From: Mobula hypostoma
Taxonomy: Eukaryota
Length of the DNA stretch: 64,000 bases
Assembly: GCF_963921235.1 (NCBI RefSeq)
Contig: NC_086108.1
Span: 29,886,001 to 29,950,000 of the forward strand
Direction: 5' to 3'
The position numbers and the translations under genes are program-made. Positions 38,332 through 47,271 of this stretch are shown here, one piece after another; the stretch's first letter is position 1; every line of letters starts with the position of its first letter. The notes beneath the pieces are model-generated. The model made no database searches and was not told the DNA's origin. It saw nothing but the letters and a program-made list of their open reading frames with translations.

Positions 38332-38574
38332 ACACCTGCTCATTACATGAATGGGGCAAGGAAGAGAGAGGATATAGGAAATGGCAAGCATTTTGTCAGC
38401 TTCGGCACCTAAAAAATTAGCACTGCACCTCTGGTACATGTGATGCTGTTCTGGAGCCACATTTCTGCAAAAACAAATATGCAGCAGTTCTGCAGCTTGC
38501 ACTGTGTCGGTCGCAGATGAAAATAATCCCAACTTGTCTCGTGCTTTGCTCAGCTACAGATGAACACAGTCCAA

Positions 38575-40058
38575 CACCCATGACTGTGTGGTTAGGCACA
38601 GCTCAAATGCGGGAGGAGAAGATGGCAGCGCGCGGCGCGTGCGCAGCTCTCCGGTGAAAAATGATGTCATATCTGTTAAATAGGGGCCGTGGACAATTCT
38701 GATTTGATGGAGAATGGACGTGAAATCACAGAGGAACATCTGGGGAAATTTCTGAAATGCCCGTTCCCCGCTGTCGTTACTGTGTGATCAGGAATCTTTC
38801 GGAGGGTAGGCCTCAAAATCCCCGGCCTTGCCTGCTTTTGGCGACCGAGAAAGAGGTCGAATTGCTCGGACAGAGATGGCGCTCAGTAGTCGGTGTCGGA
38901 GAGCTGATCAGAGCTCGAAGTTTTTGGATGACTCAGAGTCAGATTGTGGTCGGCATGGCAGGGAGAGTTTTTCTTCCCTCTCCCGACTGCGTGAGATGTG
39001 GGACATTTGAGAGACTTGGAACTTTACTGTGCTCACGAACTTTCTTCATCAAGTTATGGTATTGTGCACTGTTGTAACTATATGTATAATTATGTGGTTT
39101 TGTCAGTTTTTTCAGTCTTGGTCTGTCCTGTGTTTTGTGATATCACACCGGAGGAAATAATGTATCATTTCTTAATGCATGCATTACTAAATGACAATAA
39201 AAGGGGACTACGTGTCTTCATAATCTAATCTATCGATCTGTCAATGACACAATTTTGTTGGCAGAATTTGAAATGGTGACAAGGAAGCATATAGGAGCAA
39301 GATAGATCAGCATGGTATCACAACAATCTAGCACTCAGTGTCAGTACACCAAGAAATTGATTGTGGACTTCAGGAATGAGAAGTCGAGGAAACACACACT
39401 AGTCCTCACCAAGGGTTTAGCAGTGGAAAGGGTGAATATATTCAAGTTCCTGGGTGCCATCATCTCTGAAGATCTATACTGGGTCCAACATATTGATGCA
39501 ATTACAAGAAAGGCACGACAGCTGCTATATTTCATTAGGAATTTGAGCAGACTTGGTATGTCACCAAAGACTCTAGCAAATTTCTACAGATGTACAGTGG
39601 AGAGCCTTCTAATTGTTTGCATCCCTATCTGGTATGGAGGAGCCACTGCACAGGATCAGAGGAGTTTGCGGATGGTTCCAAACTTAGCCGGATCTATCAT
39701 GAACACTAGCCTCGCCAACGTTGAGGACGTATTTAAAAGGCAATGCCTTAAAAACAGCAGCGTCCATCATTAAGGACCACCATCATCCAGGAACATGCTG
39801 TCTTTTCATTTCTGCCATCGAGAAGGAGGTACAGAAGCTTGAAGACACACACTGAACATTTCAGGAGCAGCTTCTCCTCTACCATCAGATTTCTGAATGG
39901 ACAATGAACACTACCTCACTCTATGTTTTCTTACTCTTTTTTCACTACTTATTTATTGTAATATGTATAGTTTATTATTATGTATTGTAATGTACTGCTA
40001 CCACTCAGCAACAAATTTCATGATGTATGCTGGTGATATTGAACTTGATTCTGGTTCT
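38575..40058 (+). mobile_element. Rex1/Babar LINE RT and 3' end, interrupted at ~38610-39231
   Basis: THDCVVRHSSNA (38578-38609) continues after the insertion with a decayed ADDTT region, then TKKLIVDFR...FKFLGAIISEDLYW...KARQLLYFIRNL...FYRCTVES (ORF 39312-39773) and a 3' UTR. Confidence 0.88.
38610..39231 (+). mobile_element. Young non-coding SINE-like element with CpG-rich head and (AATCT)n tail
   Basis: Begins gggaggagaagatggcagcgcgcggcgcgtgcgc. Ends aataaaaggggactacgtgtcttcataatctaatct. Splits the Rex1 RT coding sequence. Confidence 0.7.
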
Positions 40059-40229
40059 GCTGCCTCCTCCCGAGTGGCTGTAACAAGCGACGCAGAGGCA
40101 TGAGGCCTGGTCCAGACAACAACCAAGGCTACGCTGCTGCCCCTACAGTTGGTCTCGCCAATGAACCAAAATTGCAGTATTTTGCATTACCAGTGTCCAA
40201 TAGGGTCTTGTGATCACAGGAAATGCATT

Positions 40230-40735
40230 TGAGACCATAAGACACAGGAGCAGATTTAGCCCATTTGGTCCATTTTCCCTCTCAGCCCCAATCTCCTGCC
40301 TTCTCCCCATATCCCTTCATGCCCTGACCAATCAAGAGTCTACCAGCCTCTGCCTCATATATATATCAAGACTTGTCCTCCAAAACTGCCTGTGGCAAAG
40401 AATTCCACAGATTTGCCACTCTCTGGCGAAAGAAATTCTTCCTCATCTCCGTTCTAAAAGGATGCCCTTCAATTCTGAGGCTGTGTCCTCTGGTCTTGGA
40501 CTATCCCACCATAGAAAACATCCTGTCCACATCTGCTCTATCAAGGCCTTTCACTATTCAATAAAATTCAATGAGGTCACCCCTTATTCTTCTGAATTCT
40601 AGTGAATACAGGCCCAAGAGCCATCAAATCCCCTTCATATGACAAGCCCTTCAATCCTGGAATCATTTTCATGAACCTCCTTTGAACCCTCTCCAGTTTC
40701 AGCACATCCTTTCTAAGATGAGGGGCCCAAATATG
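40230..40735 (-). mobile_element. CR1 3' fragment
   Basis: Antisense of LWNSLPQ and FFRQRVANLW; homologous to 25680-26050. Confidence 0.85.
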
Positions 40736-40889
40736 CATCATTTGCACCACTCTGTGACCAAGTGTGCCGCTGCCTTACTGGGAAAGGGGAGAAGGGCAAG
40801 TTTTTTTCCAGTGCCTGAAATCTGTTGTCATGGATGGTGGTGAAGGTAAATGTAATAGAGTCATTGAAAATGCTGTTTCGTACACAAAT

Positions 40890-41730
40890 CAAAGGTTCAT
40901 TTGATTGTCAAAATATGCATGTATAATACAACTTTGATATTTGTCTAATCCAGACAGCCATTAAATACAATTAAGACCATTGGTGTTGATGAAAGAAAAG
41001 ATATCAACTCCCCCCACTCCAGCATGAAAAAGAAAAGAAACAAAACTCGCACACCCCAAAATCTAATAACAGCCACCAAACAATCAATGATCCTCTACAC
41101 ATTACAATCCCCAACACCCTCTTTCACAGAAAAAAGCAGCAACAATAGCACCTAATCCCCAACCCCCCCCCCCACACACACACAAAAAAAATCAACAGGG
41201 CACCCACTCGCCAATCGACCACAAGAAAACACCGAAAAACTGAAGGAAACCAATATAAAGTACAGTCCAATAATCACATAAATCTCAGGATATGGGAAAT
41301 GCCTTTTCACTGCATAGGAGGAGAGCAGCCCCATGAAGTCAAGTCTTTCTGTAAAGAGTGACAGCTGACCCATGTCCTAATGCCGCCGAAACATGTCGGT
41401 CCGAGCCGTTGCCTTCACCGTGATACTTCAATCTTCCTCGCTGCTTCAAGTGAGAGTCATTTACGACCTCACGCCTCATCTCTGATCTTTTCCACGAGTC
41501 AGTTTGTATTCTCTGAACTTTTCAGCCCCCTGTCTCTTGATCTTCGCGAGACAGCTCTCCGGACACAGATCGAAATTCAAACTGTACTTCACGGGCTCCA
41601 ACAGTTTCTGTAACACAAACAGGAGAAAAAGAATAAGCAGAAGCTGTGGAAAAAGTCAAATAATTGGAAAGCTTTGCTATCTGGAACATTTTGCCTGTGG
41701 AATCGTCATTCTCTGGCACCGTTTTGACCG
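40890..41730 (-). mobile_element. Non-autonomous LINE-tailed repeat (unclassified)
   Basis: On the minus strand, a caaaacggtgcc head and a Rex1-like tail (gacaatcaaatgaacctttga) enclose non-coding sequence. Confidence 0.45.
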
Positions 41731-41863
41731 GAGATGTGCAAAGAATGGAGAGATATGGGTTTTGTGTAGGCAGAAGGGACTAGTTTAATGAGGTATTATG
41801 TACAGTACTCAGTATAGTGTCATGGTGGCCTGTTCCTGTTCTGGACAGTTCTATGCTTAATAC

Positions 41864-42061
41864 GTAAACAACAGAAATTCTGCAGATGCTGGAAATTCAA
41901 GCAACATACATCAAAGTTGCTGGTGAACGCAGCAGGCCAAGCAGCATCTATAGGAAGAGGCACAGTCGACGTTTCAGGCCGAGACCCTCGGCCTGAAACG
42001 TCGACTGCGCCTCTTCCTATAGATGCTGCTTGGCCTGCTGCGTTCACCAGCAACTTTGATG
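41864..42061. mobile_element. Penelope-like terminal repeat inserted as a palindrome, 14-bp TSD
   Basis: Arms 41908-41983 and 41987-42062 with a 3-nt loop. TSD tctatgcttaatac at 41850-41863 and 42062-42075. Confidence 0.9.
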
Positions 42062-43629
42062 TCTATGCTTAATACATTTGTTTTTACTCTCAGCTGAAAT
42101 GTTAACTGATTTCTTTCCAAAGATGCTTAATTTCTCCAACATTTCCTATTTGTTTTGATCCAACTGGGTGAATTCCGTCACTTTACCACTAGCAGCTCAT
42201 TAAGCAGCCATAAATGTTTGACGAACTGATAACTATCCACAAGGAGCCATTACAGTTCCTCTTGCTTCAAACTCTCCCTTTGTTCTACACATTCTCTCAC
42301 CCTCACCCCACCCCACCCCCCATCCCAATCTTAGCTCCTACTGAAAGTAAGCTAGGAATCTCTTTTTCCCAGATCTGATAAGGATCACAGACCCAAAAGA
42401 ACAAGTTTCTCTTTCCAGATGAGCTGCTGTGCTTTCTCTGCACAATTTTGTTTTGTTGTTCTTGCTCATTCTGTCCCAGAATCCTATATCACCAATGAAC
42501 TATTATTGGTTGAATGGGACCTGTACTGAAACTACAATTGAGAGTTTTATCTGATTCCAACAAAGTGCAATAACTGCATGAAGCACTGATGTAAGCATTA
42601 GTTTACATTCAGCATTAGGATTAAAGAAAGTTATAGATTGTGCTGAGGTGTTAGTGTGCAGAATCTAGTTAGGGTGCCAGGAAAAATCCTCAAGATACTT
42701 GGAGCATAAGAGCAGGAGTAGGAAGATCAAAGATCTTATTTAACTCGGCAATGAAATGAAGATATTTGCGGGCAATCGGTGACTATTAAAACATAAATGG
42801 AAAGGGCCCTTAAATGTAGGATCACTAGAGGACTTGGGATTCTGAGTTAGGAGTTGTAATGCTGTATCAGGGTGTTTATTGCTGAATGTGAAATTTCTAG
42901 AAAGATCACTAGAAAGTTGGGAGCTTTTCACACTGGAGGTTTTCCGAAGAAATGGGAGGAAATGGGAAATCACATAGAAAAGGACGAGGAGTGGCATTTT
43001 TCGGGAAAAGAATTAGGAATTTACAGAAAGTTAGATTTATTGTTATTTAACTATGTACATGTATACCAAGTGAGACAATGTTTCTCCAGCCCAGGGTGTA
43101 AAGCACGATAGTACACATATCATACATAGGAAAGTAAGAAACTACAAATGAATTATGCGTAGATAAACAAGGTAAAGTGCATAAATTAAATATTGTAGGG
43201 GACAGTACAAATTATCTGGGCTGCAACATTAAATAGTTTAATGTAGGAGAATGTGCCAATTCAGCAAGAACCGGCAATTATATGGCCTTGCCACTGTTTG
43301 TGTGTTGGGAGGTGCAGACTCTTCCGTAAAGGCAGAGTTGTATCAGTGTAGGGCATGTGCCGATTGAGCTAGGAAGTTGATGCAAACTTCCACGATAACA
43401 TGGATGGCTCAAAGGCCTGATGGATATGAACAGAAAGATGTGGGGAAGGGCAGTGATTATATTGGATTTTGTCTGTGGTAGCAGGAAAATAAAACCAGAA
43501 TATGGACTTTGTGAAATTGGCCTGTGGCTATAATCCAACACAAAAAAATGCATTTTCTTTCAAGGAAATGCTAGAGTTAGTAACTGATATCAAAAATCTG
43601 ATAATTTAGTTTAAAAGACTTTATTCTCG

Positions 43630-43780
43630 AAAGCAACACACACAAAATGTTGACTGTTTATTAATTTCCATAGATGCTGCCTGGCCTGCTGAGTTCCTCC
43701 CTCACTTTGTGTGTGTGCGTGTGTGTGTGTGTGTGTGTTGCTCAGGATTTCCAGGAGCTACAGAATTTCTCATGTTTGTG
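43630..43780 (+). mobile_element. Old Penelope-like tail fragment with (TG)n expansion at ~43708-43737
   Basis: gttgactgtt...tttccatagatgctgcctggcctgctgagttcctcc...gtgtgttgctcaggatttccag, matching the tails at 17735-17840 and 44285-44390. Confidence 0.7.
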
Positions 43781-44119
43781 TTTGACTCCTCCACTGTGAG
43801 GTCGCTTTGAGGGCTGCCTACCCTGGAGAGGTTTAAATCTTTTCTTCACCATGAGTTATTTATTCGTATTTGCGCAGTTTATTGTTCATTGATTCTGTTT
43901 ACAGTTACTGGTCTATAGATTTGAGTATGCTTGAAGGAAAAAGAATCTCGGGGTTCCATGTGGTGACATGTATGTACACTGATAATAAATTTTACTTTTG
44001 AACTTTGGCCTTGAGTTCAGTGAAAACCTCTGTCACTGCTCCCGCTCTTTGCCCATGAACTCACCCAGACCCACTACCACAGCCACACATCCTTCCTTCC
44101 TTGGAGCTTGTCTTCACCG

Positions 44120-44392
44120 CCCTCTTGTGCCACATGGCTTCCTATTAGATTCCTTCTTCTCCAGCCCTTGACCTTTGCCATCCACCTATCACCTTCATCT
44201 GGTTCTCCTTCCTTTCTCCCTCCTTTTTATTCAGGCATCTTCCTCCTTCATTCTCAGTTTTGAAGAAGGGTCTCAGGCTGAAATGTCGACTGTTTATTCA
44301 TTTCCATAGATGCTGCCTGACCTGCTGAGTTCCTCTGGGATTTTGTGTGTGTCACTTTGGATTTCGAGCATCTGCAGACTTTCTTGTTTTTA
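44120..44392 (+). mobile_element. Old Penelope-like 3' UTR, decayed hammerhead and tail
   Basis: cagtt-TTGAAGA-agggtctcaggct-GAAATGTC-gactg at 44255-44292. Confidence 0.75.
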
Positions 44393-45599
44393 TTCTCTAA
44401 AGCTCATAATTAACCATTCATTGAGCTTTATCATTCTAAGGCTGCTTATTTTAACATTGCAGCTTGTCATTACAAATTTTCAAATGGAGATGTTATGTTC
44501 TTATTTTGAAAGTTTGCTTGAAAACAGAAAGCTGAGCATGATTATCATATGTTTTAAATGGCTAGTCTCAACCAGCACTTGTGACTGTTGAAAACAGAGT
44601 TTGTTTTGTAAACTTCCAAGTGCCAAACAACACTGACAGTTATGTTCTATGAAAAACATGGTGTAACTTTATTATGGTTAACATGAGACATTTGACTTTG
44701 TTCCTTTTTGTCCATATAGCTGTTAGACTTTACGGCAAACACCTTTAAAGTAGAACTGGCAGAAACTTTTATATGATAAATGCAAATTAATAGGGCTTGG
44801 AGCCAAATAGAAATATGTTTTGCTTTATGTTCACTGCATTTTGAGTAAGACCTGAAAATGTCTATTGTGTGTATTTTATTATCTCCATTCTCAAGCAAAG
44901 AAGTAAGGACAATGTATCAAATGTCTGTCTTCACATCTGTCTTGTCTTCCATGCAAGACAGTACTGCACATCTCAATGTCACTGTGTTTGGGATGAATAC
45001 AGATTGTCTTGTGTTTCCATGGAAATATGGCATTGTTTGATAATCATTGTACACTGCTTGAAGAGTCTGGGTGCTAAGAAAGGATTGGTAACTATTTCAG
45101 TAATCTGTATTTGTACAGTTTTTATACTTCAAAACCCTTGAAAGGAATTGGTACAAATTTTAAACACCCTAAAAACACATGCATGAAAATCAGTTTTCTA
45201 ATTATTGTGACAAATTCCAGATTTTGTTCTTATTTCTTTCCAAATTGGCTTAAGTAATCAAGCATGTGTACTGGAACTACACTAACTAGATTTTGCACGT
45301 TAATAAATTACTTTGAAAATCCATCTGCATTCGATGAGACTACTGGGTGGCGTGTCAACAAATAGGAAATTTTTAATGATTAATCACTGCCATTTCTATT
45401 ACTCCCAACCAGCCCCAGCCCTGGATTGCTGTTTTTGCTGTAATAATGAGGGACATAGCATTTTAAAGCAAAACTTGCTACTAGAATGAGTTCTTTTGTT
45501 GCGTTCCAATTGCAAATATTTATTCTACTGTGAAAATTTCACTAATCTTCTCTTTCAAGTATTGTGCAAATGTTAATCATATTCGGTATGGCTTTTGCT

Positions 45600-46332
45600 T
45601 TCTCGCACTCATGCTACAGAAGGGGTTGATTTTTTTTATTAAAATGTTGTAACCCGCCCCCCCCCTTTCTCTTCCACCACAAAAATACCGGAACTTTTCT
45701 TGACTTCATCCCCAGAGTTCAGTGGTACTTCTGCTTGTGAAACTCAGAGCAAATTGGAGAGTGAATAGAGAGCTACTTTTATCTTTTGAATGGCTTTGCA
45801 TTTGATCACAGTATGTTTGGCTAGAAGGTTTGTTGTACTGTCTGTGGATGCTTCTCTTTAATAGGCAACTGAATTGCAGTGTACATGTCTCAATTGAATT
45901 GGGCTGGTTTTAATTATTCATACAAGTCTACACAGCCAGATAATGTTGCCTGTAAACCCCCCCCCCCTACCCCATTCACCACTCCTTCCCTTTGTTCTGG
46001 GGCTGACAAAATTCCTTTTGCTCATCAGCACCTTATTCACAAGGAGCCGGTCTCAGGTTTGGCCTCTGAAGTTTTAAGCATGAAGCCAAGAGGTGCTGTT
46101 GCATGGCAGAGGTAATTTTTTTTGTGTGTGGAGAGGTTTGGAAGACACTCTGGAAGTAAAAGTTTAAACTCAGGCAAACAGGAAACCCTTGCATCACACA
46201 GTAGGAGGAGTTGCAGCGAACTCTGCCAGAAATGGATTTGTTCCAAAGCCAAGCAGTGCCGTAACTTAGTGAAGTGTGTGACAGGATTGCAAAAACTTCA
46301 GTTCAAAGTGGTTAAGTCCAAGAGCCAGGATC
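45600..46332 (+). promoter_or_regulatory. Putative RGL1 proximal promoter / 5' UTR region
   Basis: Repeat-free sequence immediately upstream of the first coding exon, with a GC-box-like CCCGCCCC at about 45653-45660. The TSS cannot be placed from sequence. Confidence 0.4.
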
Positions 46333-46377
46333 ATGAAGAGGAAAATACGAATGCGGTTACCTTGGAAGCCTAAAATG
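46333..46377 (+). CDS. RGL1: RGL1 first coding exon (coding part), MKRKIRMRLPWKPKM; alternative start at ATG 46351
   Basis: 46351-46377 translates MRLPWKPKM, resembling the recalled mammalian RGL1 N-terminus MKLLWQAKM. It is followed directly by a phase-0 donor ATG|GTACAT (GT 46378-46379). An in-frame upstream ATG at 46333 has A at -3. It splices in frame to the exon at 47158 across a 780-nt intron. Confidence 0.8.
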
Positions 46378-47157
46378 GTACATTTGGCTGTGCTTTGATT
46401 TTTAGCAGTGGGGGTGAGGGAACAGAAGCCAGGAGGAGTATTCTTTATCACTGAATATGTTGGCTTTGGTGTAATGCAGTGATTGAAAAGTATGGCATTA
46501 CCTTTTCCGTTGTCTAATAGATTTGTCTTGCTGGCTATTGAGCCCATTCTATTTTGCTTCCTCTTCATTTTAAAAAATCCTGTTTATAAAATAGTGTGAT
46601 CACTGATTGAATGGGGGAAATTGGAGCAAAAGATTTACAGCATATTTACTCCAAAGCAAAGTGCTGCTCTTGCTGTGTGATATTGTGCAGTATCAAATGT
46701 GAATGCTGACTGACCCCTCAAGCTTGCCAAGCTCTTGATCAAAAAGATGATGAAGATTTGATTCATGGTAATTAAACACTTCTTACATTGAATAAATAGC
46801 AGTGCTATGTGCAAAATATCAAGTGGTTTAGAAGCTAGTTTATGTGTTGACACTAAATAGCATTTATTTATTAAATGTCACTGTGAAAGTACTCTATTGT
46901 GAACGTGGAGAACAGGATTTGTACTAAATGGTTACCAGATCAAACTGCGATTTTGTTCCTTGCAGATCTAGTGAATGTCTCCCTAATGTATTTAATGCCC
47001 ATTTGAGCATTGCTGGAACATATTTTGTACGATGTTTTCTATACTACTAAGTGCATAGTAGTGGACTTCCTTCCCTTCAGTGGACTTTCTTTAAACATTT
47101 GTTTTGTACTATTTCTCAACGGAAGGATTTACTGTTTTGCGTTTTGATCTTCCACAG

Positions 47158-47271
47158 CACAATTCAATCCAAGACTGGGGAGAAGAGGTAGAGGAAGGAG
47201 CTGTTTACAATGTTACCTTGAAGAAGGTCCAGATACAGCAAGCAGCCAACAAGGGTGCAAGATGGCTGGGG
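47158..47271 (+). CDS. RGL1: RGL1 (Ral guanine nucleotide dissociation stimulator-like 1) coding exon 2, 114 nt, phase 0/0
   Basis: Translates HNSIQDWGEEVEEGAVYNVTLKKVQIQQAANKGARWLG, nearly identical to recalled vertebrate RGL1 (SSIQDWGEEVEEGAVYHVTLKRVQIQQAANKGARWLG). Acceptor is ttttgatcttccacag (AG 47156-47157), donor is GGG|gtgagt (47272). Confidence 0.95.

Larger units (their letters stand above)
35388..38433 (+). mobile_element. hAT-superfamily DNA transposon (KIAA1586/ZNF862-like transposase), pseudogenised
   Basis: 13-bp TIRs caggggtgcagtg (35388-35400) and cactgcacctctg (38421-38433). Frameshifted ORFs 36139-37900 carry KFSVLIDESTS, VAFASDGASVMLG, IIWHCLNHRLEL, GRVLGTRWVASS and a decayed hAT dimerisation motif (STAECxRGFSHMN). 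Confidence 0.9.
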
